Shown: piece after piece, positions 43,134-56,441 of the stretch
How positions within the stretch are numbered: position 1 is the first letter of the stretch
Layout of the letters: each line of letters opens with the position of its first letter
Assembly (NCBI RefSeq): GCF_000181795.1
Contig: NW_003526944.1
Coordinates: 1,993,797-2,057,796, forward strand
DNA length: 64,000 bases
DNA from: Trichinella spiralis
Lineage: Eukaryota
Reading direction: 5' to 3'
Position numbers and translations under genes: made by a program
Notes under the pieces: model-generated
Databases searched by the model: none
What the model was told of the DNA's origin: nothing
Seen by the model: only the letters and a program-made list of their open reading frames with translations

Positions 43134-43844
43134 TTAAACTTGTTGGCGTTGAAAAAAAAAATATAACAATTGGACTAAAAGGGATTGTTGGTCTTCAGCA
43201 GTGTTGGTTTTGCTCTTGAAAACAAATTGATTATTTGTTCTATAATTAGCATAATCGAACGATTGGATAAGTGAAAAATTAAGCTTGCGGCAAATTTTCT
43301 GCGTATACAAACTGGTGGCCACAGTGATCACGTACTGGCAGTCGAACTGTTTGGCTCTGTCCAACGATGCCATAATCAATTTGTAACCCAAGCCCCTCCG
43401 ATAATAGGACGGATGCACGGACAGCAGGCACAGTTCCATGTATTTGCTTCCGGTGGGAAAGTGACCGTCCATGGACGATTTGACTTGTTCGACGAACAAA
43501 TTCACGGTGGCCATCTTCTCCGAATAGCCTTCTTGACTTTCGTGCTGGTATTCACTTTCGAAATAGCCGACGTCGTTCAACGCGCAACCGACCAACTGCC
43601 CAGTGAGACAATCTCGCGCCACAACCGACAAATTGCTATTCAAGCATTTTTGGATGTAATTTTTGAAAAATGGTTCCGCATCCTGCAAGTCGATGGCCGA
43701 GGCACGGTTCAACGGCTCGTCGTGCAAAAATCCTCGACAAAGCAAATCGTACAGTTCGACCGAGTGTTCAGTTTTGGCATTTTCGAAGATGAACGACGAC
43801 GATTCACCGCCGAAATTCTTCCGTTCAGCGTCGTATTCAGCCAT
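43134..43844 (-). CDS. GNAT N-acetyltransferase, arylalkylamine/dopamine N-acetyltransferase (insect AANAT)-like, intronless
   Basis: FLHDEPLNRA motif, GQLVGCALN, acetyl-CoA motif A LSVHPSYYRRGLGYKL, ATSLYTQKICRKLNF; first ATG at 43844. Confidence 0.85.
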   Translation of the reverse strand: MAEYDAERKNFGGESSSFIFENAKTEHSVELYDLLCRGFLHDEPLNRASAIDLQDAEPFFKNYIQKCLNSNLSVVARDCLTGQLVGCALNDVGYFESEYQHESQEGYSEKMATVNLFVEQVKSSMDGHFPTGSKYMELCLLSVHPSYYRRGLGYKLIMASLDRAKQFDCQYVITVATSLYTQKICRKLNFSLIQSFDYANYRTNNQFVFKSKTNTAEDQQSLLVQLLYFFFQRQQV

Positions 43845-46559
43845 TTCGACGAGAAACCTTCTCGGCCACCATTTGCCCAATTTTTATAAGGCATTATTCA
43901 AATTGTTCGAATTCATTAATCACTGCCAACAGTGCAATTGGGAACAATTCGTTTCCTACCCTGCCCATTCATCACGCCTATCCGAGAACAAAAACAAGCC
44001 ATACCAACTTGGCATATGTAGTTCATGAAATTTATTATACTACCACTTATTTATTATTAAATTTTATACAATTGTAAGATTTATCCACTACATGTAATCT
44101 TGCACAAATCGGACAGACCAATCGAACAATCAATCAGTTATATTCACTTGTATATAAATTCCTGTTGATTTATTTTCTACTCCTAGTTTCAAGCATTTTC
44201 ACTGAACCGATGATAATCAAATTAATTTATCGATTACACAGTTTTTCCTATTTAATAAGATCATTAAATTGACCACAAAATAGGTTGCAAATTCAACTAG
44301 AAAACATTTGAAGTTCAAAAAAAGTTTTTTATTGAACAAAAATCACTTTTCAGTAGCTAAGCAAGCTGTCACTTGCAAATTATTCACTTGAAAGCGTCTT
44401 TTTGTATCAAAAATCAACTTCCAATTATGTAGGTCATTTCGGAATTTTGAAATTCAAATTCAGCCCCGCGGAGGCCTCAAAATGGACTTCAACAGCTATT
44501 TAACGTCATAAATTGTGAGAGAACGTTTCACGACGCTACCACTTGCCACGTAAGTCAAACGAACGAGTGCACTCTAATTGACGATAAGGCACCTTTAATG
44601 GCGATCGTTATTTGCATAGCGCAGCGTTGGAAACAGAATTTTGTGCATTGAAACTTCTTACTGAGGATAAACTCTAACCTATGCCGTGATACAATATGAA
44701 CATGAGAAATGCACTGTTCAATTTGAAAATTCAAAAATGACCTTGATATTTAAAATTCAGTCAAAATATAAACTAACGGACCGAAAACACCATAACAAAA
44801 ACATTGTCTTAGTCAAAACACGCCACCGCAATACTCAATTTGAAATTTCAAAATTCAAAAACGCCCTACATAAATGGAATTCATCCCAGAAAGCTTTTCA
44901 CCAAAATATAAGCAAACTAACTGCGCAATAACTGCGACAAAATTAGCTAGATAAAAAGTTTCATTTACCTAATGTTTCTAATGATGCGGAACTGAAAAAT
45001 AATATAATACCGTAGAAAAGTTAAAAACACTATTTTGCATAATAGAAAGCACTGATCGCTTACAGATATTCAATCTGTTCTGTTCACAATGAAATTCAAG
45101 GCAAAACAAAAGTGCAAATTGAAAAAAATGGACATATTCTACAGTTATATCTAAACGCCGGAGTTTAATAACAACAAATTGAAAATTCATTTTTTGACAC
45201 AACTCACGTTTGAATTACATATACATAATTGGGAACTTCGCTTTGTTTTTTTAATTTTTGTTACAATTCAAATGTAATGCTTAAATAAATTGCTTACATA
45301 TAGTAGCGTTCATGCAAAACATGAGGAAAGAATGTTTTATCATTAAAACATTTACCTGGATGCAGTTTGGTTCAGTTGTACTTTTGCTGTGCGGCGCTAT
45401 CGTTCATACAAAATCACTGAAATCCAATTAACCACGGGTACAACATTTGGTCTCTTACTTTGCAACTTTCTTATCAGTGATTTGGCAATTAATATACTGT
45501 ATATTACAGTACCCTTAATTTTTAATTAATGTCCATAATTATATTTTTACAATATCCTTGAGCTTAATGTAATTGTTCTCCGTTCCATATTTCAGACGTC
45601 TGCTTCGCTATCTATGCTTTCGATTCTGTGTTTCTATAAGATAAAAATGTCCATTTAGTGGCATCGTAAATGCTAAAAAAGATTTATGTAATTATGATAT
45701 TTACATAATCAAACAATGTAGTAATCATCTCATTGAATTATGAATAGAATGTCAACTGAATCAGAAAAATTAAAAACACTTAAAAGATAAACATAATAGT
45801 ACATTTTCCATGAGGTAGTTCTATGTTTAGGGAAGGCATTTACTTACAAATATTTCAGTTATGTGCAATTGAAGCGACATTTTGATTTCTGTAGCAAGTG
45901 ACACAAAATCATATTCCTCGTCTGTTAATTTAAAGACGTTTTGTCTATGGCTCATCTTCATTTTCTTGGAGAAAAAATTTGAATAACCCCAACCACCATG
46001 TAAAATTGTTGAGCACTTGAATCGTCGCATTATACAGCTTGTGGTTTACGCATTGGCACAATGTTTATGATTTTCAAGTTGTACATTTTTGACAATGTTC
46101 AAAACAGTGATTCGAAAACTGATTTGAATAACAATGAAACATGATTCATTCAGTTTAAATTTCTTTAACCATCTTTCGGGACAAATTAAAATGAATTCTA
46201 AATGAAATTACATTTTCTCCATTTCACTGCCTGTTCTTGTTTCTTACGGTGTTCTACAGAAATTTGTTTTATACCAAATATTCCACCATAAAGTAGAATG
46301 CATATTTTGAAGTTATTCTTCACATTCAAATCATCAATTATTAATCATGCAATAAACCACACGCACACATGCACTGTGTAAAATATGATAATGAATAAGA
46401 ATGAGAATATATGAATATGATGAAATGAACAGGTTGCTAATGTGAATTACTTCAAAAAAACACTGATGAGAAAAATGACAATAAATAAACAAAATAAGAA
46501 GTTCTGAATAAGTAGGTATGTAGGTGGTAAATATACCTATTTTATTCTTTAGCTGCATC

Positions 46560-47141
46560 TTATACGAAGCCAAACGTTTTGATCTTAATCGCAAAGAACA
46601 GTTTCTGCCGCAGAATATTCTTGCTTGAATACAACGGGATGTAGAGACGCGAAAAGCACGTATTCGCCGTCGGTAAATACATGTCATTGTTCGGTGTCGG
46701 CTTTAAACGTTCCATTGAAGGCGCCAATGTCGGGCTTCCTGTCCAAAAATAGATCAAATCCTAAAAAGAAATGATGCGATTTCATACAGATTTGATTTAA
46801 TATGACTTGACGTATTTAACATTACAATATTCAAATTACATACAAATATAGGTCTCATTAGGAAATTACCAAACAGAATAAAATTCTCACCTGCTTTTCA
46901 TCTGCCGTCATGGAGCTCACTACGGACCAGAACCATTTTTTAAACTGATCAAACTTTTCTCTGGGTAACGACTTGTCCGCCGCAGCGCTACTTAAGTACT
47001 TTCGTCAGTAATCATGGTCAGCGTTTTCAAAACTTTCACACTGACGTCACTCTGGCCTGTAAGCAAGAGTCGAAAATTCTCCGCATTGATTGTGTCGAGC
47101 ATGCTAACTGGTATAACATCACGTACACCGTCTCGGATGTT
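46560..47141 (-). pseudogene. ubr-5: UBR5/EDD/hyd HECT E3 ligase 3'-terminal fragment (two exons) with stop and frameshift
   Basis: Exon 47141-46891 reads NIRDGVRDVIPVSMLDTINAENFRLLLTG...ITDEST* (TAA 46994-46992), then a shifted frame KFDQFKKWFWSVVSSMTADEKQ. Exon 46760-46560 reads [10 protein letters not shown]...[38 protein letters not shown], the characteristic UBR5 C-terminus. Confidence 0.8.
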
Positions 47142-47422
47142 CTGAAAACGGCATCGATCGAAAACACTGACATCGAAATACTACAAACAATATAAATGCA
47201 CATCGAAACTGTCGTCATACCTGACATTCAATATTACTGTACTGCCCTGCAGAGCTATTTCATATTTGCATACTTACCGTATCATCAGATTCTATTCAAA
47301 AACACTGCATGCAACAAAAATGCCCAATATGAATCACAAAAATTATATTTATTATGCAGTATTTCCATTTTAATATAATAGGAATAATTACTTCAATAAC
47401 GCGTGAACAAAAAAAACAACTT

Positions 47423-49465
47423 CTACAGCGACGGTTCATTTCCATTTCTGGATCCAAACAAAGATGCAAATAATTCATCTCTAAATTTATTTTGCTTCGT
47501 TGAAAATGAAAAATTGAATAAAAATTGATAACCAACCTAGTTTCGTTCGTCATTTTTGATTTGTCCACTGGAGCCATAAAGTTCACCAACTTACTCATAA
47601 CTTGGATTCGAATGCGACGACCTTTGCTAGCTTTTCGATCAACCTTACTTTTCTTGCTTTTGTCGCGCAATTTTTGAAATTTCGACCAGTGCCTAAATCA
47701 ACAAATCAGTAAATAATATGCAAATGAACGTTATTCTCCACTGAAAATAGAACTGCAATTACCTGCCAAGCAGAACTGGATCAGTGATGTCATTCATCCG
47801 TTTCTGGATAAATTCCCGAAGCAGCTGTTCGTGAAAATCACTGTCGTCAAAAATGTTCACGTTTCGATCTTCATCAGCGCATTTCTCCTCCTTTCCAATT
47901 ATATCATATTCGAGTCTTTTCAGTTGTGTACGTTGAATCAGTCGTTTGCGGTCAGTTAAAATCTGCAACAATTTTTGCAAAACGAATATTAAATTCACTG
48001 AAAAAGCATCCATCAATTTCCAATGGTTCTACTTGAGCAATCTGGGCTACTGCATTGCTTTCAAAAGCTGAGAAATCCTTTTTCGCCGACACGCCAATAC
48101 CGCCCAATCGTGTTCTCTGGTACCATTTTTCCAAAGCTTCATTTCTAAAACATGAACAACAAACAAATTCTGCTAGCTACAACTGAAAAACTAAACTCAA
48201 ACGCATTAAAATAACCAAAAATAAACAAACAAACAAACAAACAGCATTGATAATATAGAATTTTTTTTTCAAATAACACAATCTTTTATCAAAAATGCAA
48301 TTCCACAGACCAAACTTACTGATAACTTTTGAATGCGTCGTGCAAGTGCTGAAGCAGATCAGAATAACCAGACAATTGCAAACGACGTCGTTTTGCAGGA
48401 ATGGAGATTGTCTCGTCAGATTTCTTTTCCATTTGTTGCTGTTTCTCATCATCATCATCCTCATCCTCATCGTCAACAATATCACTCAGTTCATCATCAT
48501 CATCATCATCATCACGTTGATCAATTTTGCGTTTTGTAGACAAATGGACAGTCTGCTTATTGCCGGAAAACAAATGATCTTGAAATTCCAGCAATTCATC
48601 CAACAATTTTTGAACCGATCGTCGAGCAGAAGAAAACGTCTCCAACAATTCATCATCTGACTGAAGCAATTTTTCACGATAATCCGCCGACTGTGGAAGT
48701 CGATTTGCCGACTGCAGCAATTTTTGAAAACGAATCTTCAAACTTAGCATCTGTTCCCAAAGTTCTTAATAAATAAAATTATAAACTGAAAATTATAAAC
48801 AACACTACAAGCAAAAAACATACTAAGCTGTTGCTGTACTGCAATGCCTCTTTCCTTCTGATCTAATAAATCCACTCGAGAAAATGTATGTATCATGTTG
48901 TCAGATTCTTGGTCTGAAATATAACTTTCATTCCTCATCTTCGTCCCCTGTTCCATGTAATCATTCTCTCCGTCATCCACTAGCATCCTATCATCCTGAT
49001 CCTCATCTCCATCATCATCGTCGTCTTCGTCGTCATCACCATCATAGTCATCTGCTTCTTCTTCTTCTTCTTCATCCTCATCCTCCTCTTGCTCGTCATT
49101 ATCACTGATATCCATCTCTTCTGACACATCAGTAGCAGATGATGAAGCCGTTTCTTCATCACTGTTAGTAAACTGCTCTAGCTGAGAACGATTTACCACT
49201 TCGCCTTTGTAGCGGGGATTTTCCTCATCCAAGAGTTTCAAGTTAGCTGCTCGAATTCGACTAAACTTCGATACAGTTTCTGTCACTAATTCTTCTTCTG
49301 TGCTGAACGGCACCAGCTGCGCTTTTGTCACTTAATAAGTAAAACTAGTAAAATTTACTGACATACAGAAGAAAACATCATATACGAACCGTCGTCTGAA
49401 TCGGAATCATCGAAATTTCCAGGAAATGGATTCTGAAGTGCTTCAATTTCTTCACGAACATTCAT
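47423..49465 (-). CDS. AATF: Protein AATF/Che-1 (Bfr2), nucleolar, multi-exon
   Basis: Acidic N-terminal tracts, KGEVVNRSQL, GIAVQQQL...LSLKIRFQKLLQSANRLP, IFDDSDFHEQLLREFI, KVDRKASKGRRIRIQVMSKLVNFMAP, ending RDELFASLFG...SL* (TAG 47423-47425). Confidence 0.9.
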
Positions 49466-49659
49466 CACCACTGCTATTCTGAAGTTTACCAAATAAATCG
49501 AATCGAATGGAAATAAATATAACCATTGAACAAACAACAAAACAAAATATCAAAAATTTTAACAGCGTAAAAATAACGCCATTCAAATTCAAAGAAATAC
49601 CATCTATACAGAGTACTATTTACTTCTAACAGTAACGATATCAACAACACAACGAGTAT

Positions 49660-50942
49660 TTATTTAACTTTTTCCGGTTCACCAGCAATATCTTCATTGA
49701 GCTTCGTTTCTAACTTTTGAAATTCCTTTTCCGCAATCTCTTCAACCTCATCGACCACCTATACATATATGGAAAAAAACAATTTTATAAAAATGCATAA
49801 ATAAATGAATATATCAATAAAAATTCTACTTGTTCAACACCTTTAACTTCAGGTACATAAAATTTCAACATATTCTCAATACCGTTTTTCAAAGTGTACA
49901 CAGAACTCGGACAACCCGTACAAGCACCCTGTAATTTCAACTTCACTATGCCATCATCGAAACCCTAAAAGTGTATATTACTGAAAAAAGTGCTGTTGAC
50001 GAAAAATGGAATAAAAAAATCCCAGCTCACCATAAAAACCACATCTCCACCATCATCTTGAACTGTCGGCCGTATACGAGTATTCAACAAGTCCTTAATC
50101 ATAGCCACTGTATCGTTATCATCGTCAGCTGAAAAAAACCAACCAAAAAGATGAAAATAAGTGGCAAATGAGTTAGAAATGACAAACCCGCATCCTTTTC
50201 AGTTGAATCATCAATGATGATGTCTTGTTTCGAAGTAAAAAAATCCATAATCGTAGAAAATATTTCAGGTTTCATAGTAACCCAGTCTTTCACTTCACTA
50301 TTCTAAAATACAAAACACTGCTACAATTCACAAAGCACTGTCGAAAGCAGAACAAAGATAACAAACATAACATGACATAAAAAAATATAACAGTTAAAAA
50401 CTTTAAGTGAAATTGCTTTTTAAATGTATTCGATTTCAAGAAAAACCTCACAATATTAAAATGATAAAACAAAAATTACAGTTAATCGTGTCAATCACAA
50501 AATAAAAATGACAAAACAATTACTTTTGTAACAGTAATGAAATCTTCGCCAAAAAAGACGCTTTTTACACCTTTAATTCGAAAAATGGCGCTAAATGATG
50601 ATAACAAAACGATAAGAGAAAATATAAGCTTAAATGAATAAAAATAAATTTTTACCGAGCAAGCGGAGAGTTTTCTGCACTTGGTCGATTAGGAAATTCT
50701 GCCGTCCTTCCAGGCAGCACTGGAATTCCTGGTAAAAATTTCAAACTGTGTGGATTTGGCGTCTCCATCACTTGAATGTACATGGATCGTTCTGAAATTT
50801 TTCATAATGCACACATTGTAAAAAGACTGATAAAACTAATACAGGCGTCTTTCGAAATATTTATAGCATTGCAAAAATTTACACCAGTTGTGTACATGCA
50901 ATGCACAGATGCAGACAGAGTTAACAAATTTATACTGCGCAT
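49660..50942 (-). CDS. NFU1: NFU1 iron-sulfur cluster scaffold, mitochondrial, multi-exon
   Basis: [101 protein letters not shown]; stop TAA 49660-49662; start codon tentative. Confidence 0.9.
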
Positions 50943-52144
50943 TTAAACTAGCAAGCAAACCTATTTATGCGAATGATCTTTCAGCAAAGTAAGAATGTGC
51001 ACTAATTTAGTTTTGAAAAAAAACAGTCATAAATCTGAAATCATGGCAAGATGAGAACCTGAAAGCAGATGACAATGTATAAATTAATTAAAGCACACAC
51101 CGAAACCAATTTCAAAAATTGAGAAACATCTTCAAATAAAGACTAAAGTGAAATGAATAAGCAAAATGTTCCAGACACGATGAAATGCAACAGGCAAGCA
51201 AGAGCAAAGTTCATGCTAGCATTAAAATATGATTAACGGTCCAAATGAATAAAAAAACAAATTGCTTACTTAAAACGTTGAACAGAATATTTGAACAAAT
51301 TTGATTGAAGCATGGCTTGAATTTATTGTGAAACATGAGCTGAAATGAAATGAAGAAACTGAAATACCTTCTTTGAGCAAAATAAAGTTCAACACCGAGA
51401 ATACAGTACATTTAAACTTGCAAGTATAAACTTGATTACTGTAGCAATAACATGCATCATCGTAAAAACTAATTACATGGTTACATTTGTTAAATTTTCA
51501 AAACACATCACATCAAATATATTCCCTTAAAAATTACAAAAAAGGAAAATATTTTTTAAGTATCAAGTGTTTCTTCACAAACTATCACATTAAATAAATG
51601 GATTGATCGTGATATGATTAGAATTTTGACACAAATGATTTTGTTTTAATCCACTAATTTTCATCGGCAAATGAGACAGATCAGACCAACATCAAATTCT
51701 GCAAAAGACATCACACAATGAGTAACTAACTGACGCGGTTTGCAGAGAATAAATATTAGAGAAACAAAAAAGTTAAAATAAACGTCAACATACCCCAGTT
51801 GATTGAAAAATGTATAACTAAAAATAAAAACAAGGCAACTTGTTGTGCTTATATGGCCACAATAGATGATGAGATGGAACAATTGATGATACATGACTGA
51901 GCATAGAACAAATAATGTAAAAATAGAAGTTGCGCTGATTATTGAAAAATAAAAACATTTCGAAAATAAGCATTCCAATAAAACAGAGAGAGATATGCAG
52001 AAAATAAAAGCAATAAAACACAAAACAAACTATGGCATTGAATTGTGACTTTGGATGATGAAACCTTTTTAAGAGTAAAAACAGAACATTTTTCCAAGCA
52101 CCAGCTTGTTCGCAAAAAAATTGGTTATTCCATTCATTCATTCA

Positions 52145-54956
52145 TTAACTTATCACAGGCGTGTTTGTCTGGAAGTAATAACGATTGGCATCCTCACTCA
52201 GTCGCCAGCTGCCGGCACTTAGCTCTATGAGCAGCAGGATCATCTAGCAACATGGAATAATTGATATTTTGGATTAAGACACAATTTTGTTTTTTCTCAT
52301 TTACTTTTCGAACCCATGGTTCCTTTGCATCCAAGAAAGCGTTGCGGAATGTATTTCTCAAATCAATCAAACGATCCGGATATTGACGTTCTAAACTGTA
52401 TCCAGCATTCAGCAGCGATGAAATTATACATTCCAACTGAAAAAACAACAACGACAACAATTCCATTCAAAAGCACAACAAAAAACGGCTGCTGCTTTGA
52501 AACACAAAGCTACTTTCACACACACAGAGAGAGAACTTACTTCTTCCATTTTAATCGCGTCCAACACAGGAGGCACAAGTAAGTAATTGAATACTCGAAA
52601 CACTACATTTACAAGATCGCCTATAATAGTTTTTGTTCAATGGATAAAACTGCACTTTCGTATGAAAAAAAATAAGCATATAATATCGTACTTTCAGAAG
52701 TGAAACTTGAATCTGAGCACAGTTCAGAAAGGAAAGTAATAAATTCATGCCAATATCTGAAAAATAAATGAAAAAAAACAAATCATTTCACTGATCAAAG
52801 CATCCTTTTTAACCTTCTTGATAATTTTATAATAAAAAAAATCAAAATCAATAAAACAGATATTTTTTTTAAAAAAATCTTACGTCACAAATTCAGTGCG
52901 AAGCTTGTGGCGACGTTCAAAATACTGATTACAACCGGCAACTAAACCTTTGCGAAATTCATTTGAAGAAGCACTCTAAACTGTCGAACATTAAAAACAA
53001 CAAATAAAATATATTTAAATAAATAAATAAAAATAAAAAAAAAACAAACCCTCAACAGAAGATGGCACAACTTGGCAATTGTGCTCTTTTTCTTGCCGTT
53101 TTCAATGGCCAACTTGATCAACACTTGTCCAATAGCACATGCGTGTTCCGCAGAAGAGCACTTGCCTAAATAATGAAAAAATTAATTCATTGATTAATTG
53201 ATGAAATTAAATTTAATAATTACTGTTCAAAAATGAGGCCACATTTTTATCACCGGCAAGGTGCAAAGAGTTGAAAAATTCTTCGATTTTTTTGAAATCA
53301 GCATCGTTCAACTCTTTCCTCTTGCTTAGATCTTTCACAGAAGCGTGACAACGTTTGGCAATCACCGACTGCAACGGTGCTTCTTTCGGTATTACTGTTC
53401 CGTTGCCTTTCAACTCTGCAGCAGCAGAAGCAGAAGCAGCACTGGCAGGGAAAAAGCAAGGCACCGAAAGACGGTTGCTACTTTTGCCAACCGTTTTTGA
53501 TCGTCGAAATTGAACCACTGAATAATATATAAACAAACAAATTTTTAATAAATCCACTTCAAATTGAACAAATCAATGTAAGCATTAATAAAAGCTTGTA
53601 ATTCTTGAAAATGTTGAAAACAATAACCAAAGCTGACAGTACCTTAGTTTGGGAAAAACGAATAGCAATACTAGTAGTAATAGCTGAAAAAAAAATCAAA
53701 CAACATTCTTTGCAAATTATAAATAGCACAATTAAAAATAATTTTAAAAAAAGTAGTCGTAAATACATGAAACATTTCACAATGGGAATGTTGATTCATC
53801 AACTTAAAATGTTCACTCGACTCTTGTTAGTTAAGCAAATACTTGAAAATTCTGCTATGCGCATCAACAACACTGATGCTATAATAAGAACATCTTCCAC
53901 TAATTCTGAGGTTAGTTGGAAACTTGTTTTTCCTACATCCTATTGACCAACCACAGAATTTTGGACAATGTCAAATGTGACTAATAAATAATAACCTGAA
54001 TACAACCAACTGCCAAGCAAGCAATCGAGTATAGCCATTTTATACAACGGACTATTCACCCCAGTTGAAATGAGAAAGATAACCAGATGAATAAATTAAA
54101 AAAAAACATAAACAGAATCAAAAATAATTAATCATTGCACAATACAGCTCAATGAAAAAAAAGTAAGTATTTTTGAAATTGCTGAGCAAATATTGATCAA
54201 CGATGTGAAAATTTCTCGATCTCGATCAACATTGTGCCGGGGAAAAATCATCCGACAAGAATTTGGCTCAAGTGTCGATGAATGACGAGAACGTCAACGT
54301 TAAAGCAAGTCAATGTCGAGCAGAAGAACTGTCACCTTTTCTCGGCAAAGAATTTACAAGATGATAAACGAGAATGTTAAGTCTGCAATGAAAGCGTTCA
54401 AATCATCCATCCGGTCAAGCGATGCAAACAGTTTCAAAACTGGCCAATATTCAAAATTATTTCAAGGATGATTGAAAAAAAATATTTTTTTTCTTTCAAC
54501 ATTTGCATATTGTATTTGCGCGTTTGTGCGTACTGAGATGCATTATGTACAATATACGATGTGAAAATTAATTACCCGTTTCAGTTTCATTCAATTCTGC
54601 TTTCTTCTCCGCTTTTGTAACCGTTGACGATGGAGTATCTTCAATATTTTCCATCGACTTTGTCAAAATGTCATTCTTTCGCATATCTACATCACAAGAA
54701 AAAGAAAAACATATCTCTGTATTGCATATAGCAAAAAAAAGAAAAAAAAGCAACTATCAAATATATGTGACATTCGTCAAAAATTCAAAAAACAAAAAGT
54801 AAAATTACTGGGAGGCCGGTACAGCTGAAACGGCTTGCGAACACCTTTGGATGGACTTTTTCTCGGCGAGTTTTGAAGCTGAAACAGCTAGCTAGCTGAA
54901 CTAAAGCTTACTGCAAAAAGAGCAGTGGTAAAATATTTTACCGCTACACTTTCCAT
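52145..54956 (-). CDS. MIF4G-domain protein, MIF4GD(SLIP1)/CTIF-like, multi-exon
   Basis: Helical repeats (IAKLCHLLL, LECIISSLLNAGYSLERQYPDRLIDL) and C-terminus MILLLIELSAGSWRLSEDANRYYF resembling the MIF4GD/CTIF end (LLLE.IE..A..W....Y); 5' exons MESVA|LQNSPRK...QLYRPP|NMRKND... are phase-compatible but tentative. Confidence 0.65.
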
Positions 54957-56441
54957 TGTCAATCATCTAAAATTGGCGAGCATTCTGAGCATGAAATTCA
55001 GTATGAGCAACTTTATTTCCAACGACACTTTGAAAACGCGTTCAACGTTCACAAAGTCAGCACCACGCTATGGACCATGCTACGCGAATGCGCGCAACAT
55101 GCATGCCAGAACACGTAGGCGGGAGGTAATACTGTAAGTAATAATGTGCACGTAAGAGAACAAAAACTGAATCACACCTGTTACAATTTGTCACCAACCA
55201 CCTGTTTAACGCAGGCAAACATTCCAAAGCGATTATGATGATGTTCTTTTCGTGAAATGGAAAAAAAATTCTTCACACATCTAATTAAACAAATAACTAT
55301 ATCCTTCTTCGAATTCAACACATTATGTTTCGAAGCAAAACACACAAAAAATACTTTACACGATGAATCGTTTGTAGTTTAAAAGCTGCGCAAAGTTAAT
55401 TTTTTTCAAATATTGTATACGTTGAATCGAATAAATTACATGACGTTAGCGAAATTTTCATGAAATCAGCTGATATTTCAAAACTGAAAAAAGTTCATAC
55501 AAGAAAAAAAGCAAACTAACGATAAATTAACAACAAATCCCAAATGTTCTTAGATAAAATAAAAAAATTTGCAATGAATATCAAAATTAACAATGTTTTT
55601 TATTCCAAAAAACAGTTTTCGATATTTTCAAAATATCTACTCAAACATTCACTACTGGTGACAAACAGCACAGCGAATTGTACAACCGATTAAGATCAAA
55701 AGAATGCGTTTCGATAAAAAACAAAGCATCCAATCAAACTAAAGCAAAAATCATCATAAAAAAGAAAAAAAACGAAACAAAATGCGCATGCAGATGCTTC
55801 GAAGATGGTGTTGCAGCACTTGCAAAAAGCAAACGCTATTACAGAGCCATAATTCACTGCACGACGTTACCCACTTCAGGTATAATTAAATGTGAAACGC
55901 AAAAACGTAAACACAACACGAAAGCATACAAATATCATCACAAATGTTAAGAAAGCTGTCGTCTGTACGTAACGATAATCAAGTGTTAAGAGCTTACTGT
56001 AATTATGGAAAAGAATGTAAAATTTAATTTCTAACGTTTCTGCGGGCATAATTATTTCATAATTCAATTAAAAATTGAAAAAGTATGCAAAATGCAACTC
56101 ACGAATAACAATGCCAAATTAATAAATCACACATATTATATTTCATTTATTTTTATATATCACAAAATTTATATAAATATTTAAACACAAATATATATAT
56201 GTAAATATAAATACAAATAAATGTATGTATATATATATGTGTGTATGCGTGTAAATAAATGCAAATATATGTATGTATAAATAGATAATTTGAAAAGGAC
56301 GGACAAACAATTGGAACAAAACAACTAATGGGTCATGTAAAGCATATGCATTTGTCGACATGATATAGTGACAGTGATGCGGTAGAACCGTGAAAACATT
56401 TCAGACCTGATGAATTTCAAAAAACGAAACAACGCCTCTTT

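Noticed and set aside
48884..49162. Poly-His, poly-Met and poly-Lys ORFs
   Set aside because: Alternative frames and antisense of AATF acidic (GAT/GAA) tracts
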